DNA of 37,384 nucleotides from Propionibacteriaceae bacterium (GTDB lineage Bacteria > Actinomycetota > Actinomycetes > Propionibacteriales > Propionibacteriaceae). Positions 1-10,191 of the stretch are shown in pieces. The notes beneath the pieces were generated by a model. It ran no database searches. It was not told where the DNA came from and worked only from the letters and a program-made list of their open reading frames with translations. The stretch's first letter is position 1. Each line of letters opens with the position of its first letter. The stretch spans positions 1 through 37,384 of the forward strand of contig DASQUF010000491.1 of NCBI GenBank assembly GCA_035641435.1, read 5' to 3'. Position numbers and translations under genes: made by a program.

Positions 1-252
1 CTCGCCCTGACTGGCGCCACGCACGATCCCGGCGATGTCGACGAAGCTGACCGTGGCCGGCACCAGCCGGGCCGAGCTGAACAGCTCCCCCAGCACCGCC
101 AGCCGGGCGTCGGGCACGCCCACCACGCCGACGTTCGGCTCTATGGTGGCGAACGGGTAGTTCGCCGCCAGCACGTCGTTTCGGGTGAGGGCGTTGAACA
201 AGGTCGACTTCCCCGCGTTGGGGAGACCGACGATGCCGATGGTGAGAGCCAC
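1..252 (-). CDS. ychF: Redox-regulated ATPase YchF (5' part; runs off window)
   Basis: Manual translation from GTG at 252: [42 protein letters not shown] (P-loop and YPFATIEPN motifs). Confidence 0.95.
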   Translation of the reverse strand, partial: MALTIGIVGLPNAGKSTLFNALTRNDVLAANYPFATIEPNVGVVGVPDARLAVLGELFSSARLVPATVSFVDIAGIVRGASQGE

Positions 253-291
253 GAGGGTCCAGCGTAGGGGGAGCGTCCTAGCATTCGACGC

Positions 292-681
292 ATGATCACT
301 GCTGTGCACACCTTGGTCTACGCCGAGGACCCGGAGACGGCCCGGGCGTTCTTTCGGGATGTGCTCGGACTGCCGGGGACCGACACCGGCGGCGGCTGGC
401 TGATCTTCGGCTCAGGGCCCAGTGAGCTGGCCGTACACCCGAGCTCCTGGGAACACGAGGGCCGGAGCGGGTCCACCGAGCAGACGTTCGACGTGTCGTT
501 GATGTGCGACGACCTCGAGCAGACCATGGCCGACCTCAGCGCGAAGGGTGCGACCTTCACCGGTGGGGTCGTGGACGAGGGCTGGGGTCTGGCGACGCGG
601 CTGGTGGTACCCGGTGCGAGCGAGATGACCCTCTACCAGCCGCAGTACGACCCGCCGGCCCTGCAGTCGCCGAGTCAGTAG
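292..681 (+). CDS. VOC/glyoxalase family protein
   Basis: 129 aa; [11 protein letters not shown] and DEGWG...LYQP pattern of VOC proteins; TAGCAT 7 nt before ATG. Confidence 0.85.
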   Translation: MITAVHTLVYAEDPETARAFFRDVLGLPGTDTGGGWLIFGSGPSELAVHPSSWEHEGRSGSTEQTFDVSLMCDDLEQTMADLSAKGATFTGGVVDEGWGLATRLVVPGASEMTLYQPQYDPPALQSPSQ

Positions 682-1715
682 CCGCCCTCGGGCGGCACCA
701 TCTCCCCGCGTACGCCGAGCAGCCGGATCGGCCGGGAGTCGTTGAGCCCGGCCAGCAGGTCCAGCGCCGTACGCGTGATCACGGTCGGGTCGTAGGTCGG
801 CTCGGGCAGCTTGCGGATGCGGGTGAAGGTGAAGAACGGGGCGAACCGCACCTTGAGGTGCACCCGGGCGCACGGCCGCTGCTCGCGGTGCAGGTCGGCG
901 ACCACCTGCTCGGCCAGGGCCGCGACCGCGACCTCGATCTCCGCCGGCTCGACCAGGTTGCGTTGGTAGGTGAGCTCGTGGCCGTGCGCCCGCGCCACCC
1001 ACGGCGTGTCGTCCACCACCGCACTGCTGATCCCCCGGCCCAAGGCGCGCAGGTAGGGACCGGTGCTGGGTCCGAAGGCGGCCGTCAGCCGGGCCTCGTC
1101 GGCATGCGCCAGGTCGGCGACCGTGTGAATTCCCAGGTCGGCCAACCGGGTCGAGATCCGCTTGCCCACGCCCCAGAGCGCGACCGTTGGCCGCTCCCCC
1201 ATCACCGCGGACCAGTTGTCCCGGGTCAGCCGGAAGACGCCGCCCGGCTTGCCGAACTCGGTGGCGATCTTGGCCCGCACCGTGGTGTCCCCGATCCCGA
1301 CCGAGCAGGACAGCCCGGTGGCGGCGTGCACCGCCGCCTGGGCCTCTCGCGCATACCCCTCGGGGTCACCTGTCGACACACCGACAAAGGCCTCGTCCCA
1401 GCCGAGCACCTGGACCACCGCGCCGGGCAGCCCGCGCAGGGTGTCCATCACCGCGGCCGAGGCCGCCTCGTACACCGGAAAGTCGACCGGCAGCAGGACG
1501 GCCTCCGGACAGCGGCGTACCGCGGTCTTCAGCGGCATCCCGGACCGGACACCGAACGCGCGCGCCTCGTAGGAGGCGGTCGAGACCACCGCCCGCTCGC
1601 TCGGGTCGCCCCGGCCGCCGACGATCAGCGGGCGCCCGGCGAGCTCGGGTCGGCGCAGGATCTCCACCGCGGCCAGGAACTGGTCGAGGTCGACGTGCAG
1701 CACCCAGCGCGCCAT
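675..1715 (-). CDS. dinB: Y-family DNA polymerase IV, DinB2-type
   Basis: HVDLDQFLAAVE, ASYEARAFGVRSGMP, GWDEAF, WGVG motifs. Confidence 0.95.
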   Translation of the reverse strand: MARWVLHVDLDQFLAAVEILRRPELAGRPLIVGGRGDPSERAVVSTASYEARAFGVRSGMPLKTAVRRCPEAVLLPVDFPVYEAASAAVMDTLRGLPGAVVQVLGWDEAFVGVSTGDPEGYAREAQAAVHAATGLSCSVGIGDTTVRAKIATEFGKPGGVFRLTRDNWSAVMGERPTVALWGVGKRISTRLADLGIHTVADLAHADEARLTAAFGPSTGPYLRALGRGISSAVVDDTPWVARAHGHELTYQRNLVEPAEIEVAVAALAEQVVADLHREQRPCARVHLKVRFAPFFTFTRIRKLPEPTYDPTVITRTALDLLAGLNDSRPIRLLGVRGEMVPPEGGY

Positions 1716-1739
1716 CGGTTGCCCTAAGCCTGTCGGAGG

Positions 1740-3011
1740 TCAGCCCTCGACCGACCAGAACGCCTCCACCGCCTGGCTCAGTGCCAGTGCGTCCGCTGTA
1801 CCCGCCAGCTCCCGGACGGAGTGCATGGACAGCAGCGGCTGCCCGACGTCGATGGTCCGGATGCCCAGCCGGGTCGCGGTCAGCGGGCCGATGGTCGACC
1901 CACAGGGCAGCGCGTTGTTGGACACGAACTCCTGCGTCGGCACCCCGGCCGCCCGGCACGCCCGGCGCCACAGGGCCATGCCGGCGGCGTCGGTGGCGTA
2001 GCGCTGGTTGGTGTTGATCTTCAGCAGCGGCCCGCCGTTGAGCAGCGGCTGGTTGGCCGGGTCGTGCCGCTGCGGGTAGTTGGGGTGGATCGCGTGGCCG
2101 GCGTCCACCGACAGGCAGACCGACCGGGCCAGGGCCTGGTGGTACTGGTCGGGGCTGACCTCGCGGGCGCCGGCGATGCGGGCGAGCACGTCGGCGAGCA
2201 GTGGACCCGAGGCGCCGCTGCGCGAGGCACTGCCCAGCTCCTCGTGGTCGAACGCCACCAGCAGCTCGATCCGCTCGCCGCCAGACGAACGCAGCAGGGC
2301 GGTCAGGCCGGCGTGGACGCCGGTGAGGTTGTCCAGCCGGCCCGCGGCCAGGAACTCCTCGTCGGGACCGAAGACGGCGGGTGCCGTCGCCTCGTACGCG
2401 ACCAGATCCAACCCGTCGACCTGGTCGCCGCGGCATCCGACCAGGTTGCCCAGGTGGTCGGCTAGCCGCCGGTCCGGCCGACCCACGCCCCACACCGGCA
2501 TCGTGTGCTGCTGCCGGTCCAGCTTCAAGCCGTTGTCGTTCACACCGCGGTCCAGATGGATGGCCAGCTGCGGGATGCGCATGATCGCATCGGTGCGCAC
2601 CAGCTCGGTCCGCCCGTCGGTCAGCACCACCCGGCCGGCCAGGCCGAGCTCGCGGTCCAGCCAGGAGTTGAGCAGCGGGCCGCCGTAGATCTCCAGGCCG
2701 AGCTGGGCGTAACCGAAGCCGCCCAGGTCCGGGTTGGGCTTGACCGCGAAGCCGGGTGAGTCGGTATGGGCGCCGACGATCCGGAACGGCGTACGCGGGT
2801 CCGCGTCGGCCGGCAGGCGCCAGGCCACCAGCGCGCCGTCGCGGACCACGTAATGGCCGCCGGGGCTGGAGTCCCAGTCGGCCGCCTCGTCCTGCTCCAC
2901 GAAACCGGCCTCGGCGAGACGACGCGCACCCTCGGCCGCGGCGTGGAACGACGACGGCGAGGCGATCACGAAGGCCGCGAGGTCCGCCACGTGGTCGAGA
3001 GCCGCCGACAT
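1740..3011 (-). CDS. M18 family aminopeptidase
   Basis: GAHTDSP, RLDNL, FDHEELGS, SVDAGHAIHPNY, LSMHSVRE motifs; start moved to ATG 3011 (TAGGTT 7 nt upstream). Confidence 0.93.
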   Translation of the reverse strand: MSAALDHVADLAAFVIASPSSFHAAAEGARRLAEAGFVEQDEAADWDSSPGGHYVVRDGALVAWRLPADADPRTPFRIVGAHTDSPGFAVKPNPDLGGFGYAQLGLEIYGGPLLNSWLDRELGLAGRVVLTDGRTELVRTDAIMRIPQLAIHLDRGVNDNGLKLDRQQHTMPVWGVGRPDRRLADHLGNLVGCRGDQVDGLDLVAYEATAPAVFGPDEEFLAAGRLDNLTGVHAGLTALLRSSGGERIELLVAFDHEELGSASRSGASGPLLADVLARIAGAREVSPDQYHQALARSVCLSVDAGHAIHPNYPQRHDPANQPLLNGGPLLKINTNQRYATDAAGMALWRRACRAAGVPTQEFVSNNALPCGSTIGPLTATRLGIRTIDVGQPLLSMHSVRELAGTADALALSQAVEAFWSVEG

Positions 3012-3213
3012 GAGATACAACCTAAACCTCGGCAGCGTGCCGGCCGGACGCCCGCGGCGCAACCATCCGCGCTCGCAGGCTCGCGCTCCCGCCAGACCCG
3101 TCCACGCTCCGCTGCCGTCCGGCCGTCTCGCCGCCTCTCGCCAAAATTCCTCCTCGCTCTCTCGGCGTGTCGCCCAGGGCAGTTTGTCGGTCGCGGCCCT
3201 CAGGATGGAACGC

Positions 3214-4710
3214 ATGGATGTCGGAACGGTCGTCGCCCTGGTCTGCGGGCTGGTTCTCGGGCTCGCCCTCGGCGTCCTCGCGGGCCTGCTGCTGACCCGG
3301 GCGCGCCGCGAGGCCGAGGTGGCGCAGGCCCGCGAGGAGTCCGCGCGAGTGCGGGCCGACGTCGCCGAGATTCGGGCTCGAGCGGCCGCCGACCTGGCGG
3401 AGGCCCGCGCCGAGGCTGCCGCGGCGCAGGGCGAGGCCGCCACCGTGTCGGCGGCGCTGGCCGGCGCGCACGCGGAGCGGGACGCCGCAGTCAACCGGGC
3501 CCGTGAGATCGCGAGCGACCGCGAGGCGATGCTCAACCAGTTCAAGGTGCTGTCGGCCGACACCCTGAACCAGCACAGCAAGGCCGCGGACGCGCAGGCC
3601 GAGCATCGGCTGAAGGCGACCGAGCAGCTGATGGTGCCGGTGCGGGAGAGCCTGGACCGGTTCGGCACCCGGCTAACCGAGGTGGAGAAGGAGCGGTCGG
3701 CCATCTCCGCGGAGCTGCGGACGCAGGTGGCGACCGTGCGGCAGACCGGCGAGACGCTGCGCCGGGAGACCACCGCCCTGGTCAGTGCCCTGCGCAAGCC
3801 GCAGATCCGTGGCTCCTGGGGCGAGACCCAGCTCAAGCGGGTTGCCGAGATTGCCGGGATGCTTGACCGCTGTGACTTCGACCTGCAGCACACCAGCCGC
3901 GACGACGACCGGCTGCTGCGTCCGGATATGCGGGTCAACCTGGCCGAGGGCAAGCACCTCTTCGTCGACGCGAAGGCGCCGCTGACCGCCTTCCTCGAGG
4001 CGGCCGAGACCGAGGACGACACCATCCAGGCCGAGGCGCTGACCCGGTACGCGCGGCACATCCGGACCCACATCGACCAGCTGTCCAGCAAGCAGTACTG
4101 GAAGGCGGCCGAGTCCCCCGAGTTTGTGGTGCTGTTCCTGCCCAACGAGATGTTCTTCAGCGCGGCGCTGGACCAGATGCCCGACCTGTACGACTACGCC
4201 GCTGCCCGCGACGTGGTGCTGGCCACGCCGACCACCTTGATCGGCCTGCTGCGCGCGGTGGCGTACGGCTGGAAGCAGGCGGCCCTGGCCGAGAGCGCGG
4301 CCGAGGTGTTCCGGCTGGGCCGGGATCTGCACGCCAAGCTGGGCCTGATGGGCAACCGGCTGGACAAGCTGGGCCGGGCGCTCCGCTCCTCGGTCAACGC
4401 GTACAACGAGACCATCGCGACGGTCGAGGGCACCGTGCTGGTCCGGGCCCGGCGCTTCCGGGATCTCAAGGTCAGCGACGCCGAGCTGGGGACGCTGCCT
4501 CAGCTGGACGACGCGGTGCGCCAGATCCAGGCCCCCGAGCTGGTCGACGACGCCGTGCAGGTCGAGCCGATCGTCGGCCGCGGCCGGAAGCGGGCCGCAG
4601 CGACTCCCGAGGCGGCCGAGCTGGTCCGCGGCGAGCCGGACCTGCTCGCGCTGGTGGAGGCCGACGTCGCCAGCAGTGGCGACGAGGACGCGGAGCGGCG
4701 CTCGTCGTAG
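3214..4710 (+). CDS. rmuC: DNA recombination protein RmuC
   Basis: N-terminal TM helix, coiled coil, RGSWGETQL, RPDM..VDAKAP, FVVLFLPNE, ATPTTLIGLLRAVAYGW; start 3214 or 3205. Confidence 0.92.
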   Translation: MDVGTVVALVCGLVLGLALGVLAGLLLTRARREAEVAQAREESARVRADVAEIRARAAADLAEARAEAAAAQGEAATVSAALAGAHAERDAAVNRAREIASDREAMLNQFKVLSADTLNQHSKAADAQAEHRLKATEQLMVPVRESLDRFGTRLTEVEKERSAISAELRTQVATVRQTGETLRRETTALVSALRKPQIRGSWGETQLKRVAEIAGMLDRCDFDLQHTSRDDDRLLRPDMRVNLAEGKHLFVDAKAPLTAFLEAAETEDDTIQAEALTRYARHIRTHIDQLSSKQYWKAAESPEFVVLFLPNEMFFSAALDQMPDLYDYAAARDVVLATPTTLIGLLRAVAYGWKQAALAESAAEVFRLGRDLHAKLGLMGNRLDKLGRALRSSVNAYNETIATVEGTVLVRARRFRDLKVSDAELGTLPQLDDAVRQIQAPELVDDAVQVEPIVGRGRKRAAATPEAAELVRGEPDLLALVEADVASSGDEDAERRSS

Positions 4711-4725
4711 GAGGTGACCCTCGGG

Positions 4726-5691
4726 TCAGTCGTTGACAGCGCCGGCCCGCAGGTCGCGCCGCAGCTCCGGCGGCAGGGCGAAGACCAGGGACTCCTCGGT
4801 CAGCCGCTCCTCGCGCGCCACCGGGAAGCCCCGCTCGACCAGGTATTCGAGCACTCCCTGGACCAGGTGCTCCGGCACCGAGGCGCCGCTGGTCACCCCG
4901 ACCGAGTTGACTCCGTCCAGCCAGGCCGGATCGATCTCGCCGGCGTTGTCGACCCGGTAGGCGGTTCTCGCGCCGGCCTCCAGGGCCACCTCGACCAGCC
5001 GGACCGAGTTGGAGGAGTTGGCCGAACCGACCACGATCATCAGGTCGCTGGAGGCGGCGATCTGCTTGACCGCGAGCTGCCGGTTGGAGGTGGCGTAGCA
5101 GATGTCGTCGCTCGGCGGGTCCATCAGCAACGGGAACCGCTGCCGCAGCCGGTTGACCGTGTCGAGCGTCTCGTCCACGCTCAGCGTGGTCTGGCTGAGC
5201 CAGGCCAGCCGGCTCGGGTCCTTGACCTCCAGCCGGTCCACGTCCTCTGGCGACTGCACCAGGGTGATGTGCTCCGGCGCCTCACCTGTGGTTCCCTCGA
5301 CCTCCTCATGACCAGCGTGGCCGATGAGCAGGATCTCCCGGTCGTCGCGGGCGAACCGCTTGGCCTCCTGGTGCACCTTGGTGACCAGTGGGCAGGTGGC
5401 GTCGATGGTCTTCAGCCCCCGCTGGCGGGCCTCGACCTGGACGGCCGGCGACACGCCGTGCGCGGAGAACACGACCCGCGCGCCGGGCGGGACCTGGTCC
5501 AGCTCGTCGACGAAGATCGCCCCGCGGGCCTCCAAGTCCTCCACCACGTGCCGGTTATGCACGATCTGCTTCCGGACGTAGACCGGCGCGCCGTACGCGG
5601 CCAGGGCCTTCTCGACGGTGATCACCGCGCGGTCCACTCCCGCGCAGTAGCCGCGCGGCGCTGCAAGCACCACCTGTCGGGTCGATGTCAC
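4726..5691 (-). CDS. ispH: 4-hydroxy-3-methylbut-2-enyl diphosphate reductase
   Basis: [45 protein letters not shown] motifs; GTG start 5691. Confidence 0.96.
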   Translation of the reverse strand: MTSTRQVVLAAPRGYCAGVDRAVITVEKALAAYGAPVYVRKQIVHNRHVVEDLEARGAIFVDELDQVPPGARVVFSAHGVSPAVQVEARQRGLKTIDATCPLVTKVHQEAKRFARDDREILLIGHAGHEEVEGTTGEAPEHITLVQSPEDVDRLEVKDPSRLAWLSQTTLSVDETLDTVNRLRQRFPLLMDPPSDDICYATSNRQLAVKQIAASSDLMIVVGSANSSNSVRLVEVALEAGARTAYRVDNAGEIDPAWLDGVNSVGVTSGASVPEHLVQGVLEYLVERGFPVAREERLTEESLVFALPPELRRDLRAGAVND

Positions 5692-5745
5692 GGTGCCGAG
5701 TGTAGGTGGCCTGCTTCTCTGCGGCCGGGCCTTACGCTCAGTGGC

Positions 5746-6969
5746 GTGCCCCTCGAGTCCTCGCCGGAGAACCCTCAGCCGTTGCGGCTGATCTCCAACA
5801 AGGTGCGCGGCTGGATCGACCGGCTGGGGCCGGTCTGGGTCGAGGCCCAGCTGATCGAGATCAACCGGAGGACCGGCCGGACGATCTTCCTCACCCTGCG
5901 CGACCGCCTGGCCCCCGTCTCGGCCGCGGTGACGATCTCCGCCACCACCTTGGACTCGGCGGGCCCGCTGACCGAGGGCGCGACCGTGGTTGCGCGGCTG
6001 AAGCCGTCGTACTTCGAGCAGTCGGGCCGGTTCAGCTACTACTGCGACGCGATCACGCCGGTCGGCGAGGGCCGGTTGCTGGCCCAGCTCGAGCAGACCA
6101 AGCGGCTGCTGCAGGCTGAAGGCCTGTTCGACCGGGCGCGGAAGCGGCCGTTGCCGTTCCTGCCCCGGGCCGTGGGTCTGGTCACCGGAGCCGACAGCGC
6201 GGCGGAACGTGACGTGATCGAGAACGCCCGCCGCCGCTGGCCCGCGGTCCGGCTGCTGGTCCGGCACGCCCTGGTGCAGGGACCGCAGGCGGCCGAGCAG
6301 TTGATCGCCGCCGTACGCCGGCTCGACGAGCACCCCCAGGTCGACGTGATCGTCATCGCCCGAGGCGGCGGCTCGCTCGAGGACCTGCTGCCGTTCTCCG
6401 ACGAGGGACTGGTCCGGGCGGTCGCCGGCTGCCGTACGCCGGTGGTCAGCGCGATCGGCCACGAGTCGGACAACCCGATCCTCGACCTGGTGGCCGACTA
6501 CCGCGCCTCCACCCCGACGGACGCGGCCAAGCGGGTGGTGCCCGACGCCGCCGAAGAGCTGGCCCGGATCCGTCAGGCCCAGGAGCGGATGCGGCAATGT
6601 GTGACAACGCTGGTCGCCCGCCAGCAGGAGGTCCTCGCCGCGCTGCGGTCGCGGCCGGTGCTGGCTGACCCCACCGCCAGCTTCGCCCTGCGGACCGACG
6701 AGGTGCAGCGGCTGCGCGACCGGGCTCACCGGACGATCGCCACCCGGCTGGATGCCGAACGGATGGCCGTGCGCCACTCCGTGGAGCGCATCCGGGCCGT
6801 CTCGCCGCAGGCCACGCTGGAGCGGGGCTACGCGATCCTGGTCGGGTCCGCCGGCCAGCCGGTCCGTTCGGTGACCGAGGTATCGGTGGAGGAAGATGTG
6901 ACGGCCCACCTGGCCGACGGTCAGCTGGTCGTCCAGGTACGCGAAGTGCGAGCCCGAGGAGAGCGATGA
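5746..6969 (+). CDS. xseA: Exodeoxyribonuclease VII large subunit
   Basis: [35 protein letters not shown] motifs; GTG start 5746. Confidence 0.95.
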   Translation: MPLESSPENPQPLRLISNKVRGWIDRLGPVWVEAQLIEINRRTGRTIFLTLRDRLAPVSAAVTISATTLDSAGPLTEGATVVARLKPSYFEQSGRFSYYCDAITPVGEGRLLAQLEQTKRLLQAEGLFDRARKRPLPFLPRAVGLVTGADSAAERDVIENARRRWPAVRLLVRHALVQGPQAAEQLIAAVRRLDEHPQVDVIVIARGGGSLEDLLPFSDEGLVRAVAGCRTPVVSAIGHESDNPILDLVADYRASTPTDAAKRVVPDAAEELARIRQAQERMRQCVTTLVARQQEVLAALRSRPVLADPTASFALRTDEVQRLRDRAHRTIATRLDAERMAVRHSVERIRAVSPQATLERGYAILVGSAGQPVRSVTEVSVEEDVTAHLADGQLVVQVREVRARGER

Positions 6970-7190
6970 TGCAGCCGCCACCGGACCAGTCGCTGTCCTA
7001 CGAGCAGGCCCGCGAGGAGCTGGTCGCCCTGGTCCAGCGCCTGGAGAGCGGCGGGGCGCCACTGGACGAGTCGCTGGCCCTATGGGAACGGGGTGAGCAG
7101 CTAGCCGCGATCTGCCAGTCGTGGCTGGACGGCGCCAAGGCCCGGATCGAGGCCGCCCGCGCCGCCGCTGACGATCCCAGCGCCAACTGA
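6966..7190 (+). CDS. xseB: Exodeoxyribonuclease VII small subunit
   Basis: [27 protein letters not shown]; ATGA overlap with xseA. Confidence 0.95.
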   Translation: MMQPPPDQSLSYEQAREELVALVQRLESGGAPLDESLALWERGEQLAAICQSWLDGAKARIEAARAAADDPSAN

Positions 7191-7206
7191 CCGCTCGCCC
7201 CTCGAC

Positions 7207-7278
7207 CACTCCGCGCCAGTTAGGCGGACTCCGCGGCTGTTGCTGCTGCCGCGGAGTCGCGGTATGTGCCGCGGAGTG
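7207..7278. repeat. Nested inverted repeat (REP-doublet-like) between convergent genes
   Basis: CACTCCGCG 7207-7215 / CGCGGAGTG 7270-7278 enclosing GACTCCGCGGC 7227-7237 / GCCGCGGAGTC 7248-7258. Confidence 0.75.
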
Positions 7279-7294
7279 ACCCGAGGCGGGGCAG

Positions 7295-8299
7295 TTACGC
7301 GCTGAGCTCGAGGTCGTCGGCGGAGACGGGGCTGCGCGGCGTGACGAAGCGGCGACGGTAGTCGACCGGGGCCAGGCCGATCTCGCGGCGGAAGTGTTCA
7401 CGCATCACGACCGCGGAGTTGAAGCCGACCCGGGTGGCGATCTGCTCGACGCCGAGGTCGCTCTCCTCCAGCAGGCTGCGCGCGGCCAGGATCCGCTGCT
7501 GGGTCAGCCACCGGTGCGGCGTGGTGCCGGTCTCCGCGCTGAACCGCCGAGCGAAGGTCCGGTCACTCATCATCGCCCGGCGGGCCAGCGACGAGGCGGT
7601 GTGCGGTTCGGACAGGTGGGCCAGCACCCAGGTGAGCACCGGAGCCAGGCTGTCGCTCTCGTACGTCGGGATCGGCATCTCGACGAACTGCTGCTGGCCC
7701 CCGTCCCGCTGCGGGGGTACCACCATCCGCCGGGCGATCTTGGTGGCGACCGCGGTACCCAGCTCGCGTCGGACCAGGTGCAGGCAGGCGTCGATGCCGG
7801 CCGCCGTCCCCGCGCTGGTGATCAGGTTCCCGTCGTCGACGTAGAGCGCTCGCGGGTCGAGAACCGCCTCCGGGTACATGACCGCCATCTCCTCGACGTA
7901 CTTCCAGTGCGTGGTGCAGCGCCGCCCGTCCAGCAGCCCGGCCGCGCCCAGCATGAACGCGCCCGAGCAGAGGCTGAGCAGGGTCGCACCGGCCGCGTAC
8001 GCCTCGCGGAGGGCCTGCAGCACCTCTGGCGGGTAGTCCTCCGGTTCCCGGATGGAGGTCGCCGAGGCGATGACCAGGTCGCTGCCGGCCACCGCATCGA
8101 GCCCGTGCGTCGCGGTGATCGTGAACGGCGAGACGTTCTTGGTCGCCAACGGGACGCCGGGCCGTTCCGCACAGACCCGGAAGTCGAAGGGCGGCACGCC
8201 GTCGTCGGCCCGGTCCAGGCCGAAGACCTCGACGGCCACCCCGAACTCGAACACCGCGATCGGCTCGACCAGCACCACACTCACCCTGGACAGCGTCAT
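7295..8299 (-). CDS. GlxA-family (DJ-1/PfpI + AraC) transcriptional regulator
   Basis: [43 protein letters not shown]-terminal AraC HTH. Confidence 0.92.
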   Translation of the reverse strand: MTLSRVSVVLVEPIAVFEFGVAVEVFGLDRADDGVPPFDFRVCAERPGVPLATKNVSPFTITATHGLDAVAGSDLVIASATSIREPEDYPPEVLQALREAYAAGATLLSLCSGAFMLGAAGLLDGRRCTTHWKYVEEMAVMYPEAVLDPRALYVDDGNLITSAGTAAGIDACLHLVRRELGTAVATKIARRMVVPPQRDGGQQQFVEMPIPTYESDSLAPVLTWVLAHLSEPHTASSLARRAMMSDRTFARRFSAETGTTPHRWLTQQRILAARSLLEESDLGVEQIATRVGFNSAVVMREHFRREIGLAPVDYRRRFVTPRSPVSADDLELSA

Positions 8300-8332
8300 G
8301 CCCCCAGCATAGTGGCAGAAATCTTGTCTACG

Positions 8333-8884
8333 TCATCCTGTTGCCAGGGTGGCCGCGTACGCCTCCAAGGCCTCGTAGGCCAGGTCGCCGGAGACGATCG
8401 TGGTGACCGCCGGCTCCCGCCGGACCAGGGACCGGGTCCGCCCGTCCGGACTGAGAAGCCGCTCCCAGGTCTGGCCGTTGACCGTGCTCTGCCCGTCCGC
8501 CGTCCCCTCCCGGGTCTGCTCCTTGACCAGGTCGTCCGGCTGCAGGTCGCCCTGGTCCAGGCCGATGAAGACGTCGTCCGGGTTCAGGACGCCCAGCGCC
8601 CACTGGTTGCGGACCGACGGCTGCCCATCCCGGAAGGGATCACCGGTCTCGACCCACTCGGCCTGCGTCGCGCGCCAGCCCTCGGGCAAGCTGCTCGGGG
8701 CGAGCACCGGGAACGGCGCGTCCCGGCGGGCCACGGCGAGCACCGGTTGCCAGTCGACCTGGGTCACCGGCTTGTCCTCCGGCAGGTCGGTGAACAGCAC
8801 GGCGATGATCACCAGCGGGATCAGGATCACCGCCAACGACCGGATCATGTCGCCCGGCGTCGCCATCCGGTTCGCCCGTGCCAC
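8333..8884 (-). CDS. DUF4245 family membrane-anchored protein
   Basis: DMIRSLAV + TM helix, P..LPEGWRAT motif; usual position beside xseB. Confidence 0.85.
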   Translation of the reverse strand: MARANRMATPGDMIRSLAVILIPLVIIAVLFTDLPEDKPVTQVDWQPVLAVARRDAPFPVLAPSSLPEGWRATQAEWVETGDPFRDGQPSVRNQWALGVLNPDDVFIGLDQGDLQPDDLVKEQTREGTADGQSTVNGQTWERLLSPDGRTRSLVRREPAVTTIVSGDLAYEALEAYAATLATG

Positions 8885-8923
8885 AGACCCATCCTCACAG
8901 ACGCCGCAAACCCATCGGCTGCC

Positions 8924-9250
8924 TTACTTCTTCGGGTCGTGGCCCCAGTTCATCAGCGAGTACCGCCAGGGCGTGTCGGTGACGTCGCCGTCCGGCCGCT
9001 GGGCGGAATGCCGCTTGACGTATCCGACGACCTTGCGCATGGCCGCGTAGTCGTCCTCGGTCAGGTCGCGCTTCTTCTTGCCGAGCAGGGTGACGATGCG
9101 ACGCCCCATCTCGTGCCCGGTGGACTCCCCGCTACCGCCCTTCTTCTGCCCGACCTCTTTGGACTCCTCGGTCTGCAGCCAGTCCTCGATCTGCTTGGCG
9201 GTCATGTTCACCGCGTCGGAGAACTCGGCGTACGTGTCATCGTCACTCAT
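8924..9250 (-). CDS. DUF3140 domain protein
   Basis: VNMT..IEDWL, GESTGHEMGRRIV, WRYSLMNWGHDP; start 9250 or 9256. Confidence 0.88.
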   Translation of the reverse strand: MSDDDTYAEFSDAVNMTAKQIEDWLQTEESKEVGQKKGGSGESTGHEMGRRIVTLLGKKKRDLTEDDYAAMRKVVGYVKRHSAQRPDGDVTDTPWRYSLMNWGHDPKK

Positions 9251-9477
9251 CGGCACCCCCTTCCTCGGCGTCGATGGTTACTTCTGCCCGCTCGCCGGCA
9301 TTGGACGCAGAGCCGCGCGCGCCGGGGCTCGCCGCCGCGACTGTCCCGCAGAACCATGGGGGCTCGGGGTTCAAGGTGGCTGCTTGTGCGCCCGAGCCGG
9401 AATGTCGGCTCTTCCCCGATGATCAAGACGGTACCTCACGCGGGGCCCGGCTACGGGCATTCGAGACTGGGAACGTG

Positions 9478-10191
9478 ATGGAGACGCTGGACACACTGGC
9501 TCGGCACCGCGGCCCGCGGGGCGAGGTGGTGCTGCGCCGGCGCCGGGAAACTGGCGGAGACGTCGAGGAGCTGATCGTCAACGGCATCTTCGCCATGGAC
9601 TCCACCGACACCTGGACCGAGCGCCGATTGGCCGAGGTCGCCCTCACCGGGTCCCGGCCGCGCCGGGTGCTGGTCGGCGGTCTCGGCCTCGGCTACACGG
9701 CCGCCGAACTGCTGGCCGCCGACGTCGAGCATCTCGACGTGGTCGAGATCGAGGACTGTCTGGTCGAGTGGGCGTACGCCGGGCTCACCCCGACGCTCGC
9801 CGCCGTGGCCGCCGACCCCCGGGTCGCCCTGCACACCGCCGACGTGGTCGCGGTGCTGACCGGACGGCAGCCGCCGGACGGACCGTGGGACGCCATCGTC
9901 CTCGACGTCGACAACGGCCCGGACTTCCTCATCCACGGCACGAACGCGGGCCTGTACAGCCCGGCCAGCCTGGCCGCCGCGTACGACCGGCTGGCCGCTG
10001 GCGGCACCATGGCCATCTGGTGCCAGGGCCCCGCCCCGGATCTCCTCGCCGCCCTCCGCCGGCTCTCTCCCTCCGCGCAGCCGCACGCGTTCACCCGCGT
10101 CCGGGACGGCCGCACGCTGGAGTACGTCATCTACACGGTGGCCAGGGGCGAGCTCGCCGCCGCGGCGGTTGAGCAAGAATGTGGGCCATGA
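9478..10191 (+). CDS. Spermidine synthase-like SAM-binding protein
   Basis: [34 protein letters not shown] motifs. Confidence 0.8.
   Translation: METLDTLARHRGPRGEVVLRRRRETGGDVEELIVNGIFAMDSTDTWTERRLAEVALTGSRPRRVLVGGLGLGYTAAELLAADVEHLDVVEIEDCLVEWAYAGLTPTLAAVAADPRVALHTADVVAVLTGRQPPDGPWDAIVLDVDNGPDFLIHGTNAGLYSPASLAAAYDRLAAGGTMAIWCQGPAPDLLAALRRLSPSAQPHAFTRVRDGRTLEYVIYTVARGELAAAAVEQECGP

Noticed and set aside
9257-9477. DUF3140/SAM-protein gap: GGCTCGGG/CCCGAGCC hairpin and a possible SigB/SigF-type promoter
   Set aside because: Single short stem and only a partial promoter match.
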